Shown in pieces: positions 39,009-49,615 of a stretch of DNA of 55,094 nucleotides. Location of the stretch: assembly GCA_002373935.1 (NCBI GenBank), contig DFKW01000009.1, positions 1 to 55,094 on the forward strand, in the 5' to 3' direction. The stretch comes from Alphaproteobacteria bacterium UBA3635. GTDB lineage: Bacteria > Pseudomonadota > Alphaproteobacteria > Rs-D84. Numbering within the stretch: the stretch's first letter is position 1; every line of letters begins with the position of its first letter. Both the position numbers and the translations under genes were made by a program. The notes beneath the pieces are model-generated. The model was given only the letters and a program-made list of their open reading frames with translations, searched no databases and was not told where the DNA came from.

Positions 39009-40433
39009 TTATATCAGTTCTGAATGAAAATGTGCATATATTTTTTTTGCCGCCGATTTGCCCAATGTTGGAACGCGTTCCAGTTGTTGAAGTGTCGCAT
39101 CCATAATGTTTCGGACCGAACCAAAATGTTTTATCAATGCGTGTTTGCGCGTCGGACCGATGCCATCGATTTCATCCAAAACAGACACCGTCATTTGTTT
39201 CGCACGACGTTCGCGGTGGTATGTTATGACGAAACGATGTGCCTCGTCCCGGACGGCACGCAACATTAAAAACAGTGGTGAATCTTTGGGTAATTTGTCA
39301 TAAATAGAACCGTCGGGCATGATAAAATGTTCGTCACCGTTGCGAACCTCGCCCTTGGTGACACCAAAAATTGGGATGTTTGGTGCAACACTGTGTGCGA
39401 TGTTCCATTGGGCGGGGCCACCGTCAACAATTATTAAATCCAATTTTGGTCCGCGTGCCACCGCGCGTTCGATAAATTCCGCCATCATACCGATATCGTT
39501 GCCGGCATTTGATTTGTTTTGTAATTTGAAATGCCGGTAATCGGTTTTGGTAAAACCGTCGTGACCAAAACAAATCATCGCACCAACGGAATTTTTCCCA
39601 AACAGGTGTGAATTATCAAATACGCCCGCGCGTTCAATTTTTATGCCCAGTAATTTTTCCAGGTCTGAAACATTTTTATCCCAATCCAGATTTTTTTCAT
39701 GTGTGATTTTTGTGTTTTTACCACGGATTGCCGTTGTGGTCAATGCGATGATTTTATCGCGTGTTGCGGCGGCGCGCTCAAAGTCCATATTGTCGGAATA
39801 TTTTTTCATATCGGCGGATAGTTCGTTGACAATCGGTTCGGTGTCGCCGGTTAAAATTCGACGTGCCAATGCGACATTTTGTTGATATTCGGTTTGCGGC
39901 AGGCAACATGGTGCACTGCATCGGCCAATTTGATACAACAGGCATGGACGTGACCGATTGTTCATAAATGTATCGGTGCATGTGCGCAAGGCACATACTT
40001 TTTGTATCATTTTTATTGTGTCGTTTAATGCGGTGACCGATGGGTATGGACCGAATACATCACGGCGTTGGGAAATTTTTCCCCGAAATTTTAACAAACG
40101 TGGAAATTTATGTGCCGTCAATGCCAACATCGGATACATTTTATCGTCCATCATCATGATGTTGTATTTCGGTTTTAATGTCTTTATTAATTCTTGCTCG
40201 CGAATAAGTGCGTCGGCCTCGGTCAATGATATTTCCCATGTGACGCGGGTGACAAATTTACGCATGACCTGTTTATGTAATTCCAGTTTTGATATGTCGG
40301 TATATTGATGCAACCGATTCGCCAGATTTTTTGCCTTGCCCACATATAATAATGTTCCATCTGACGCGAACATTTGGTATGTTCCCGGTGCGTCAGGTGC
40401 GTTCGCAATTAAATCAGAAAATTGAATATTCAT
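39009..40433 (-). CDS. uvrC: excinuclease ABC subunit C (shortened)
   Basis: GIY-YIG LYVGKAKNL, FDNSH, DGG..Q, RDEAHRF, HhH. Confidence 0.93.
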   Translation of the reverse strand: MNIQFSDLIANAPDAPGTYQMFASDGTLLYVGKAKNLANRLHQYTDISKLELHKQVMRKFVTRVTWEISLTEADALIREQELIKTLKPKYNIMMMDDKMYPMLALTAHKFPRLLKFRGKISQRRDVFGPYPSVTALNDTIKMIQKVCALRTCTDTFMNNRSRPCLLYQIGRCSAPCCLPQTEYQQNVALARRILTGDTEPIVNELSADMKKYSDNMDFERAAATRDKIIALTTTAIRGKNTKITHEKNLDWDKNVSDLEKLLGIKIERAGVFDNSHLFGKNSVGAMICFGHDGFTKTDYRHFKLQNKSNAGNDIGMMAEFIERAVARGPKLDLIIVDGGPAQWNIAHSVAPNIPIFGVTKGEVRNGDEHFIMPDGSIYDKLPKDSPLFLMLRAVRDEAHRFVITYHRERRAKQMTVSVLDEIDGIGPTRKHALIKHFGSVRNIMDATLQQLERVPTLGKSAAKKIYAHFHSELI

Positions 40434-40482
40434 ATTTTATATGATAGAATATAATTTAAGAAATGCAAATAGAGGTGAATAT

Positions 40483-40920
40483 ATGAGACAAGAATTAGGT
40501 CGTTCTATGATTGAAATGTTGGGTGTGTTGACGATTATGGGTGTTATTACCGTCGGCGCAATCAGTATGATTTCGTATGCAATGCGCATGCAAAAGCAAA
40601 GTACCGTCAATGACGAAGTATATCAAATTGTTTTGGGTGTGCGGCAATTGTTGGGCGAATATGATGATTTTACGCGGATTGATAATTCGACGATATTTAA
40701 TGCGCTGGCGATGTCGAATAAAAACCCGTATGGCGGAACATATACCGTTGCGGTCAATCCGTCAAATACGCGTCAATTTATCGTGACGATTGATGGACTG
40801 TCTGATTCCGAGTGCAAGGCATTAGTGACCAAAGGTTGGACGGATTCAATCGCGGGCGCAAATGGTAATTGCGTCAGTATGGGGCGCGACAATGCCGTGA
40901 CCATTGTTTATGGGGAATAA
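40483..40920 (+). CDS. type IV pilin-like protein
   Basis: Class III signal G|RSMIEMLGVL.IMGV with E+5; NPYGG; C-terminal Cys pair. Confidence 0.8.
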   Translation: MRQELGRSMIEMLGVLTIMGVITVGAISMISYAMRMQKQSTVNDEVYQIVLGVRQLLGEYDDFTRIDNSTIFNALAMSNKNPYGGTYTVAVNPSNTRQFIVTIDGLSDSECKALVTKGWTDSIAGANGNCVSMGRDNAVTIVYGE

Positions 40921-40928
40921 TTTATTTT

Positions 40929-41906
40929 ATGGCAGATGTTATTACGGTTTCTTTGGTCGAAGATGGAACGCGATTGATGCGGTGGTTTATGCGTAAATTT
41001 CCATCGATGCCAAACCGTGAATTTTTCAAACTGTGTCGTGGTGGACAAATTCGTGTCAATTCTGCGCGGGTGGATTCAAATCGTATTTTGCGTGCGGGGG
41101 ATGCGGTGCGTATTCCGCCAACCGTTGCAGGCTATGCAAAACGCGAAAATCGTAAAAAAACCGAAACAGGTGCCGCGTTTTCAATGTCTGATTTAGAGGT
41201 TTTGCGTAAATCGATTATTTATAATGATGCCGATATTGTTGTGTTTAACAAGCCCGCCGGATTGGCGGTCCAGGGTGGCACAGGTATCAGGAAATCGGTT
41301 GATAAAATGGCGGCGGCGATGTTTCCGTATGATAAAATATCTTTGGTTCATCGTTTGGACCGGGATACATCGGGTTTGTTGGTTGTCGCAAAAAACCAAA
41401 TGGCGGCACAAAAATTGTCGGCGGCGTTTCAATCCAAGACCGCATATAAAGAATATTTGGCATTATTAAATGGTTCGGTCAGTTCTGCTGAGGGTGTGAT
41501 TGATAACTATATTGCCCGGGGTCAGGTGTTTCCTGACGCAACGCGTATAGATGGTGGCGCCGGTCAGCGGCCACAACATGCAATTACGGAATATCGCGTT
41601 TTATCAAATGTTGGAAATAGTTTGTGTTGGATTTTGTTTTCGCCGAAAACCGGTCGTACACATCAATTACGGATTCACAGTGCGTATTCTTTGCATGCGC
41701 CGATTGTGGGCGATGATTTGTATGGTGTGGATAAAAAAATTGATGATGGTATGGCGACGATTTTGGCGACAAACAAGTTGTTTTTGTTTGCCTATAAATT
41801 GACATTTCATCATCCGCGAACAAATAAATTAATGACTTTGCGCGCAGGTGTTCCCGATTTTATGAAATCTGTGATGCAATTTTTGGAATTACAATTACCG
41901 GAATAA
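40929..41906 (+). CDS. RluA/RluC-family pseudouridine synthase
   Basis: S4-like N-terminus, NKPAG, HRLDRDTSG, TGRTHQLR. Confidence 0.92.
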   Translation: MADVITVSLVEDGTRLMRWFMRKFPSMPNREFFKLCRGGQIRVNSARVDSNRILRAGDAVRIPPTVAGYAKRENRKKTETGAAFSMSDLEVLRKSIIYNDADIVVFNKPAGLAVQGGTGIRKSVDKMAAAMFPYDKISLVHRLDRDTSGLLVVAKNQMAAQKLSAAFQSKTAYKEYLALLNGSVSSAEGVIDNYIARGQVFPDATRIDGGAGQRPQHAITEYRVLSNVGNSLCWILFSPKTGRTHQLRIHSAYSLHAPIVGDDLYGVDKKIDDGMATILATNKLFLFAYKLTFHHPRTNKLMTLRAGVPDFMKSVMQFLELQLPE

Positions 41907-41909
41907 ACA

Positions 41910-43973
41910 ATGAAACGACGTCGTAGAATTATGTTATGGTTGCGTGTGGTTGGCATCTTTTTTTTGGGGATGTTGGTCGCGATTATTATTGCGTTGATGC
42001 GTGTCGATTTGGAAAGTTTGCGCGGAAATGTCGTCGCAATGTTGCGTAATGCCACGGGTTATGATGTCCAAGTTGATGGCGTTGTGTCGTGGAAATTTTC
42101 ACTGCGGCCGCGGATTGAATTAAATCAAATTCGGGTTGCAAATGCGTCGTGGGCAAATGCAAAATATGGGTTTACATCGGAACGTATGGATGTGTCGTTG
42201 GATTTGATTTCTGTATTTCATAAAAGACCAACAATCAGAAGTGTGAAACTGTATGATACGGTAATTAAAATTGAAAAAAATGCCGCGGGAGAATCTTCGT
42301 TACAACCAATCGCGCAATCGGAACCAGATGTTGCAGACGATACTGATAAAACAAATGATGAAATTGCAAAATATCCAATTCCAGACGCCCCGTTTGGTCG
42401 AATTGAATTTGATAATTTGTCTTTTGATAATGGGGTATATAAATTTGTAATATCGGGATTGCAATTGCGGTATTTTCATTTTCGGGGTAAACACGAATAT
42501 CATGGTTGGTTGCGGCCGCGTGATGATGTGTATCCTTTTATTATCGCGATGGATGAATACAATGCAGAACGCAAGGTGTATCCGGTGAAATTGGCGTTGT
42601 CAACCGGTGGTAATGCGTTGATTGCAAATGTCGCGTTGGACGGGACCAGTAAAATGCCAATCGATTTTATCATCCGTGGTGATATTGTTGATGTGCGTGC
42701 GGTGCGTGATTTGTTGGATATTGATTTAACCGGTTTGCCGAAAATTTCTGTGGATATTGCGGGGGGGATGCGTGATGCGGATACATTGGTTATACGAAAA
42801 TCTGCGATAAATTTACGTGGCACCGATATAAATATTTCAGGTGTGTATGATTGGGGCGGAAAAATACCACGTGTGGATGCAAAAATTTCTTCGAACAATG
42901 TGAATTTATTAAAATTGGTGCCGGAAATGTATTCTGGGTGGGTGCGGCCGGACCGCGAATTAAATGTGTTTCATGATATAAATCTGCATGGGGGCGACAT
43001 CAGAAAGTTTGATTTGGATTTGGATGTAAATTTGAAACATTTGATTGTCTATCGCGATATGGATTTGAAAAATACAAATGTAAAAATGACATATAAAAAT
43101 GGCGTTGGACGCGTTGATGCATCGGTTGGAATCGCGGGTGGCAAAATGTTGGTTGGTGGTGATTTTAGTATTGACCCAGATGGCGTGATTTATATTAAAA
43201 CCGGTGTTAGTGCGAAAAATTTCACTATTGGAACATTGATGGATGAAATCAGAATTCACGATTTTATTGTCGGTTTGCCAATTGATTTATATGGATATTT
43301 CGAAACACATGGCGCAAACATGTCACAATGGATGCAAAATATTACCGGCCCGGTCCAGGCGTATTCTGTGGGTGATGGGTATGCGTATCCGCAATTGGTT
43401 GAAAATATTTATGGTGCGGATGTTTTGACATCCCTGCGTCACAGTATCCAAGATTTATTCAGCGAGGACAAAAAACATGACAAGGCACGCATTTCATGTG
43501 TGGCGGTAAATTTGAAATTGCGCGATGGTGATATAGAAACGCGTAACGGGGTTGCGATTGAAACCAATTCTATTAATGCGCGATTGGCGGGAAATTTGAA
43601 TCTGGGAAATGAAACAATAGATTTGGCATTGACGACCGTGCCGGTGCGCGGGTTAAAATTGTCCCTGACGGGCAGTGTTGTGAACACGGTTGAAATTGTT
43701 GGAAATTTGGCGGAACCTGATATTCAAATAAATGGTGCTGCATTGACCGGCAAGGTTGTATCGGCGACGGGATTGGGGTTGTTGTTGGTACCATTTACCG
43801 GCGGGGTCAGTTTTGTTGCAGGCCTGTTGGCGGGCGGTGTGTTGGAAAATTGGTTGGCCGACAGTACGCCGTGCAAAACCGCGCTAACCCGTGGCGCACC
43901 CGAACAAGAGGGTGATGCAACATGGATGAATGCACCCGTGTCGGAATTGGCAGAAGAAATGATAAAAAAATAA
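41910..43973 (+). CDS. AsmA-family protein
   Basis: N-terminal TM helix, ATG..V...G.....FSL.P start, long beta-rich body. Confidence 0.75.
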   Translation: MKRRRRIMLWLRVVGIFFLGMLVAIIIALMRVDLESLRGNVVAMLRNATGYDVQVDGVVSWKFSLRPRIELNQIRVANASWANAKYGFTSERMDVSLDLISVFHKRPTIRSVKLYDTVIKIEKNAAGESSLQPIAQSEPDVADDTDKTNDEIAKYPIPDAPFGRIEFDNLSFDNGVYKFVISGLQLRYFHFRGKHEYHGWLRPRDDVYPFIIAMDEYNAERKVYPVKLALSTGGNALIANVALDGTSKMPIDFIIRGDIVDVRAVRDLLDIDLTGLPKISVDIAGGMRDADTLVIRKSAINLRGTDINISGVYDWGGKIPRVDAKISSNNVNLLKLVPEMYSGWVRPDRELNVFHDINLHGGDIRKFDLDLDVNLKHLIVYRDMDLKNTNVKMTYKNGVGRVDASVGIAGGKMLVGGDFSIDPDGVIYIKTGVSAKNFTIGTLMDEIRIHDFIVGLPIDLYGYFETHGANMSQWMQNITGPVQAYSVGDGYAYPQLVENIYGADVLTSLRHSIQDLFSEDKKHDKARISCVAVNLKLRDGDIETRNGVAIETNSINARLAGNLNLGNETIDLALTTVPVRGLKLSLTGSVVNTVEIVGNLAEPDIQINGAALTGKVVSATGLGLLLVPFTGGVSFVAGLLAGGVLENWLADSTPCKTALTRGAPEQEGDATWMNAPVSELAEEMIKK

Positions 43974-43986
43974 AGGGAATTAAAAA

Positions 43987-44751
43987 ATGTCACATTTATC
44001 AGAATTTATCCAGTTGGCGATTATTGTTGCGCTGGTTTGGTATTTTTATAAAAAATTGATTCGTAATACGGCATCTGAAAAATTGGTGCGTGGAATTTTT
44101 GGTTTGGTTTTATTATGGATGACCAGTTTTATTTGTTCGGCGTTGCATGTTGATTTGTTGGGCGGATTTTTTCATTGGGTTGCATTGTTTTTATCAATCA
44201 GTTTGATTGTTGTGTTTCAACCGGAACTGCGTAAATTTTTGGCATTGATGGGTTCGGTCAGTGGTTGGCGAAAAATGTTTTATGGAAAAACAGATGATTT
44301 GCACAAACGCGATACTTCATCGTTGGGTGCGATTGTCAGTGCGGTTGAATATATGTCGTCGAAACACACAGGCGCACTGATAGTGTTTCCATCAACGTTG
44401 GACGAATCGGTTATTGAACGCAAAGGGGTGCGTGTTGATGGGCAAATCACATCTGAATTATTGTTGACCATATTTTTTAATAAAACACCGTTGCATGACG
44501 GGGCGGTGATAATTGAAAATAATCGGATTGCGTATGCCGGTGCGATTTTGCCGTTGTCGCAAAATAACCTGAATTGGAAATATGGAACGCGGCACAGGGC
44601 GGCGTTGGGATTGAGTGAGGTATCGTCCGCCACCGTGTTGGTTGTGTCCGAAGAAAGTGGTGATATTTCAATCGCAGAAAAAGGCAAAATTACCAAATAT
44701 GACGATTTGAAAAAATTGCGCACAAAATTAGAAAAGGTTATGAAATTATAA
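43987..44751 (+). CDS. cdaA: diadenylate cyclase CdaA
   Basis: 3 TM helices, FQPELR, PLHDGA, GTRHRAA, VVSEE.G. Confidence 0.92.
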   Translation: MSHLSEFIQLAIIVALVWYFYKKLIRNTASEKLVRGIFGLVLLWMTSFICSALHVDLLGGFFHWVALFLSISLIVVFQPELRKFLALMGSVSGWRKMFYGKTDDLHKRDTSSLGAIVSAVEYMSSKHTGALIVFPSTLDESVIERKGVRVDGQITSELLLTIFFNKTPLHDGAVIIENNRIAYAGAILPLSQNNLNWKYGTRHRAALGLSEVSSATVLVVSEESGDISIAEKGKITKYDDLKKLRTKLEKVMKL

Positions 44752-44904
44752 AAAAATCATTATAAATGCCGCCAAATTTGCGTTTGGCGGTGTTTTTTTG
44801 TGGGTGGGTTTTATGCCTTGCACCGAATCGGTGTTTTTTGATAAAATGCGGGATAGAATGTAGGATAAAACAAGATACAAGAAAGTAAGTAGAGGAGTTT
44901 TATT

Positions 44905-46023
44905 ATGGAATTTTCTGTTTTTCGCCAGGTTTTAATCCGCGCGTTGGGGCATATGCAATCTATTGTTGAAAAACGCGCAACTTTGCCGATTTTGATGAAT
45001 GTTAAACTAGAGGTTTCTGACGATTTGGTTTTGTCGGCGACAAATGTTGATTTGGAATTGGTGGAACATGTTGCGGCGGATATTACATTGGCGGGTAAAA
45101 CAACCGTTCCGGTTCAAATGTTATATGATATCGTTCGTAAATTGCCAGATGATGCGGAAATTTCTTTCAAGCAAACTGGTGACCAATTGGTCGTATCCAG
45201 TGGCCGTGCCGTGTTTCATTTGCCAACATTGCCGGCGGAAAATTTCCCGGCCATGGCGGGCAGTAATTTAACCACAAAATTCCAAATGACAACCGGTGAT
45301 TTGGCGCATTTGATAAATCAAACTAAATTCGCAATTCCAACCGATGATGTGCGCTATCATTTGGGCGGTATTTATTTCCATATCGCGGACGAGGGTAAAA
45401 CAAAAATGTTGACCGCGGTTGCAACCGATGCCCAACGTTTGGCATTGTGTGCGATGCCCGCCCCGGTGGATAGTGCCGATATGCCATCGGTTATTTTGCC
45501 GCGTCGCGTGATTGGCGAATTGTCTAAATTATTAGAGGATGCCAATGTCGATGATGTGACCGTTGAATTGTCCGATACCAAGGCGCGCTTTACCGTTGGT
45601 GCCGCCATTTTGACCAGTAAATTGGTTGATGCGCAATATCCAAACTATCGCGTTGTTATTCCTAAGGGTAATGACAAGATTGCCGTTATGGATCGTAAAC
45701 AATTTGTAAATGCGGTTGATTTGGTGTCTGTTGCAAGTGTGGATAAAACAAAATCGGTCCAGTTGACATTTTCAACAAATAAATTGGTTATTAACGCGTC
45801 CAGTCCCGATGCCGGAACCGCAACCCAAGAAATGGACATCGAATACAATGGCGACAGTTCTTTTACCGTTGTTTTCAATGTGAAATTCTTGCTGGATGTC
45901 GCGGGCCAGGTTGAAGGCGAAAAATTCCAGATGGAAATGCAGGATTCTTTGTCACCCACGACGATAAAATCCACGGATAAAAAGACGGATGCGTTGTTTG
46001 TTTTAATGCCTATGCGCATGTAA
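44905..46023 (+). CDS. dnaN: DNA polymerase III beta clamp
   Basis: ATD..RL, YPNY..VIP, terminal LMPMR; 372 aa. Confidence 0.96.
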   Translation: MEFSVFRQVLIRALGHMQSIVEKRATLPILMNVKLEVSDDLVLSATNVDLELVEHVAADITLAGKTTVPVQMLYDIVRKLPDDAEISFKQTGDQLVVSSGRAVFHLPTLPAENFPAMAGSNLTTKFQMTTGDLAHLINQTKFAIPTDDVRYHLGGIYFHIADEGKTKMLTAVATDAQRLALCAMPAPVDSADMPSVILPRRVIGELSKLLEDANVDDVTVELSDTKARFTVGAAILTSKLVDAQYPNYRVVIPKGNDKIAVMDRKQFVNAVDLVSVASVDKTKSVQLTFSTNKLVINASSPDAGTATQEMDIEYNGDSSFTVVFNVKFLLDVAGQVEGEKFQMEMQDSLSPTTIKSTDKKTDALFVLMPMRM

Positions 46024-46024
46024 T

Positions 46025-46340
46025 AAATTAATTTTTATGGATTCTTGTTGCGATTGTCGGTTTTTATGTAGCGCCTGTACACTGCAAACCGTCAATCGCT
46101 TCCAATAATCTCATAAAAATTAATTTCTTGAAAAGACACTACGCTCGCAAACAACTGCGCATCTGTGCCGTTCTTATTTATTTTTTTGAACCGTCAATCG
46201 TTTCCAATAATCTCATAAAAATTGATTTCTTAGAAAATCGCCGCAAGGCGATTTTTGTATTAACTGAACTTTGCCTGCACCCCATAGCCCTCTGGGCGAC
46301 GGGGTGAACTTTGCACTTTGAACTTTGCGCTTTGCACTTT
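46025..46340. repeat. repeat cluster (family A variant and half copy, local duplication, CCCCATAGCCC element, heptamers)
   Basis: GCGATTG.CGGTTT/AAACCG.CAATCGC around TGTA..TACACTGC; 46263-46310 matches the cassette IR arm. Confidence 0.75.
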
Positions 46341-46404
46341 ATGATTGATTTTACGATTAAAAAAATTATAATTTGCGGGTATTTATGAAATAAAAGGATT
46401 AAAA

Positions 46405-46974
46405 ATGGCGTCATATATTGCAAATGATATGCGTGTGGGTTGGGTTATTTCCCACAATGGAAAACGTTATTCGGTGACTTCGATTACCAAGGTTAAACCG
46501 GGCAAGGGCGGCGCATTTGTCCAGGCAGACCTGCGCGATATCGATTCGGGCAACAAGGGTGGTGACCGTTGGCGTGCCGAAGACCGTGTCGAAAAATTGA
46601 TGGTCGAAGATTTGGAATGCCAATATTTGTATTCTGATGGGACGGACGCATACTTTATGAATTTGTCTGATTATGAACAATTTACAATGCCGGTCGATTC
46701 GTTGGGTGACCAAATGAAATTTTTGGCACCGGAAATGATGGTGCGCGCAAATTTTGTCGAGGGTCACCCCGTATCAATTACTTTGCCGAAAACCGTTGTC
46801 GCAACCGTTGTCGAAACAGAGCCCGCATTAAAGGGTCAAACCGCAACCGGGTCGGGTGGAAAACCGGCGGTGTTGGACAATGGTATTCGCGTCCAGGTGC
46901 CTGTATTTATTGAACAAGATGAAAAAATTGTTGTGAATACGGAAACATTGGAATATGTCGAACGTGCAAAATAA
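46405..46974 (+). CDS. efp: elongation factor P
   Basis: KPGKGGAF loop, QYLY.DG, KPA.L..G..VQVP.FI. Confidence 0.95.
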   Translation: MASYIANDMRVGWVISHNGKRYSVTSITKVKPGKGGAFVQADLRDIDSGNKGGDRWRAEDRVEKLMVEDLECQYLYSDGTDAYFMNLSDYEQFTMPVDSLGDQMKFLAPEMMVRANFVEGHPVSITLPKTVVATVVETEPALKGQTATGSGGKPAVLDNGIRVQVPVFIEQDEKIVVNTETLEYVERAK

Positions 46975-47110
46975 TTAAATGTTTTTTGTGTTTGATAAAA
47001 ATTAAATTGGTGATATTTTTTCACCAATTTTTTTTATGTTTCATTTTTTTTTATGGCTATTTTGTGGTATAATGTATATGCAAACAAACAACAAACGAGG
47101 GAATGTAATT

Positions 47111-47644
47111 ATGAAACATGCAAAAATTTTTGCAGGGGTGATGGGCGTTATATTGTCCGGGGTCGCGGCACGTGCCGAGGATACTTTTCCGGCGGACACT
47201 GCAACATACCCAACATATCAGGTTGGTCAACAAACGGCCGATACCAATGGGGATAGCACAGACGAAAATTTTGCCGAGGGCGCTTTAAAAGATAAAAACA
47301 TCAAATTAGCAACAACAAAATATTTGGATAAACAGGCGAACACGGTAAATAGCGATGTTCAAACATTAAATAATACAGCCAATACAGATAATGCAACGGT
47401 TATGGCCAATAAAACAGATATCGAGGAAATGACATCTGACCGTCAGGTTGTGGCGGGTAATCCGTGCGCCACATTGGCAAATGATGAAATCGCCTGTGGT
47501 TATATTGTGCCAGAGGGCACGACCATCACGAATAATGATGCGCAAAAACATGTCAAGGCAAACTATAACTGGGTTAAAATTATTGCGACGGTGGATGCGG
47601 TAACGGCGGCAAATGGTTCGTCGTCGGGTTCGTCCGGTGCCTAG
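47111..47644 (+). CDS. secreted coiled-coil protein with a divergent fibre-family module
   Basis: Signal peptide; IKLATTKY...heptads...RQ...C...C...W.KI. Confidence 0.7.
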   Translation: MKHAKIFAGVMGVILSGVAARAEDTFPADTATYPTYQVGQQTADTNGDSTDENFAEGALKDKNIKLATTKYLDKQANTVNSDVQTLNNTANTDNATVMANKTDIEEMTSDRQVVAGNPCATLANDEIACGYIVPEGTTITNNDAQKHVKANYNWVKIIATVDAVTAANGSSSGSSGA

Positions 47645-47699
47645 GTCAACCAAACGGATAATTACAAAAATCGATTTTCGAAATATATAGGATTTTACC

Positions 47700-49541
47700 A
47701 TGCAAAAATTATTTGGTTTCAAAAAAGTTAGTATTTTATCGGTTGCGATTTTAACATCGTTTGTCGCAATTGATGCGTATGCGGCGGACGCGTGTGGTAT
47801 AAATTTATTTAATCCGCAACTATTGACCGAGGCCGATTTTGTCGCCAGCACCAACAGTGGTGTTACCGCATATACTGGGAAATGGGAACATTTGGATACC
47901 TATGTTTCAAATTATCCGTTTAATTTTATGCCGGGCAAGGCGTATAAAGTATCATATACAATTGAATGTCCCGAAGAAGAAACCGAATCGGTTGGTGATA
48001 CGTATTTGACATTTAAATTATCAGATGGCAGTTATGTTGATAACTATACCAATGTTTGCAGTGGTGTTAACTCGGGTTCGACGCAAAATGTTTCTATTAC
48101 TATGCCGGTGGATGCAACGGCGGTTGGTATGGCGGTGCGAAATGTTGCGGGGACCAATGTGTCGGGACATGGGTTTAAAATTTCAAATGTTATGGTTGCG
48201 TTAAGTAATCAATCAGAGTTTGTTGCGTATAATCCGTGTATTAAATTGGCGACAGGCAAATCAACCGAAACACGTATGGCGGCGGTTGAAAATCGTCTGA
48301 CGGGTGTGAGAAATACGATAAATGGTTTGATAACCCAAATGCAAACTAACACCAGTAATGTTGGAACATTACAATCGGATAAACAAACCCGTCCAGATGA
48401 TATTTTGGACACAACCAAACAATGCCCCAGTGGTAAAAAATGCCTGTTGGTGTATGACCGAGCGGGTGATGAAAATTGGTATGAAATCAAAGATTGTAAT
48501 GAAGATGCGTTTTTAAGTGATGTTGGAAATGCAGTGGGTGATGGTGTTTGTGGGGATTCTGGTTTTGCCGCGTCGGATATTGGTTGCACGGCGACAGAAA
48601 ACTGGGTTTCTACATATAGCAAAGGCGCGGTTTTTGGTGTGGCAAAATCTGTTTCGGTTACCGAGGGCCAAGGACAAATTGTCACATTAGACGGGGTTTC
48701 AACCACGGGACGTCAATGTGCGTGTCGCATAACCGGGTATAATCCGAAAGACCAATCGGGAAATTATACCGGTGTGGTAACTGTGACAACCAGTAAATGG
48801 CTGTTGACGGGTGTGACGAATTATGACACGGATGCGGCATGTGTTTCCGCGTGTATGCGTGCCGGTCGTGAGGGGGCGGTGTTTAATGGTGCCGCGGCAT
48901 ATTATCAAAACGTTGGAAACGATTGTTATGGTTCGGCGTCAAATGCAACCGCATGCAATTATCATGCATTTATAAGTGAACTTATTGCGGGTGGTCAACA
49001 CGGGGATCAAGGTGCTATGCAAATTGAGCCAACACGTAATGAAAATGACGGAACATACACATACAGCGCTCCATTAAATGTGTTTAGATGGTCGGCGTGT
49101 GGCAATGATGGAATATATTATAATAATGCACATTGTGATGCAACGGGTGAATGGATGACTCAATTTACGTTCAATGGTGGTTCGGCTTCTGGTTATGTTT
49201 GGGGAACGGGGAGTTATGCCACGGTGCCGGCCGGGACATCGATTGGTGATGTCGTGAAATTGAGTGATTTGACCAATGTTTCAGCAACATTTAATTCAAA
49301 TGTTAACGCGATTGTTTGCACGGTTGATGGGTATAAATCTTATAGATCCGGTTCAACAGAGCAAACGATAAATTCTGGATTGGCGGTTGTGTATAGTGTG
49401 AATTATACGGGCGGTGGGGCTGTTATTGATGGAACCAGCAGTGCAGGTACGGCATGTGCGGAATGGTTGGCGTTTCCGGCCGCACCGTATCAGAGTGGAT
49501 ATTATAACGCATTGTCATGTCCGGTTGTCGCCAATAATTAA
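47700..49541 (+). CDS. modular secreted fibre/adhesin-like protein, paralogue of 25977..28082
   Basis: NLFNP domain; IKLAT...LQSDKQTRP...CP..K.CLLV.D..G...WY.I; two Cys-rich tip modules. Confidence 0.75.
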   Translation: MQKLFGFKKVSILSVAILTSFVAIDAYAADACGINLFNPQLLTEADFVASTNSGVTAYTGKWEHLDTYVSNYPFNFMPGKAYKVSYTIECPEEETESVGDTYLTFKLSDGSYVDNYTNVCSGVNSGSTQNVSITMPVDATAVGMAVRNVAGTNVSGHGFKISNVMVALSNQSEFVAYNPCIKLATGKSTETRMAAVENRLTGVRNTINGLITQMQTNTSNVGTLQSDKQTRPDDILDTTKQCPSGKKCLLVYDRAGDENWYEIKDCNEDAFLSDVGNAVGDGVCGDSGFAASDIGCTATENWVSTYSKGAVFGVAKSVSVTEGQGQIVTLDGVSTTGRQCACRITGYNPKDQSGNYTGVVTVTTSKWLLTGVTNYDTDAACVSACMRAGREGAVFNGAAAYYQNVGNDCYGSASNATACNYHAFISELIAGGQHGDQGAMQIEPTRNENDGTYTYSAPLNVFRWSACGNDGIYYNNAHCDATGEWMTQFTFNGGSASGYVWGTGSYATVPAGTSIGDVVKLSDLTNVSATFNSNVNAIVCTVDGYKSYRSGSTEQTINSGLAVVYSVNYTGGGAVIDGTSSAGTACAEWLAFPAAPYQSGYYNALSCPVVANN

Positions 49542-49615
49542 AAACAGTTTTGTGTGTGGGGACGGGGTTGTTCATTTCCAACCCCGTATTTTTTTGTTTG
49601 CCGATTGGGGCGGGA

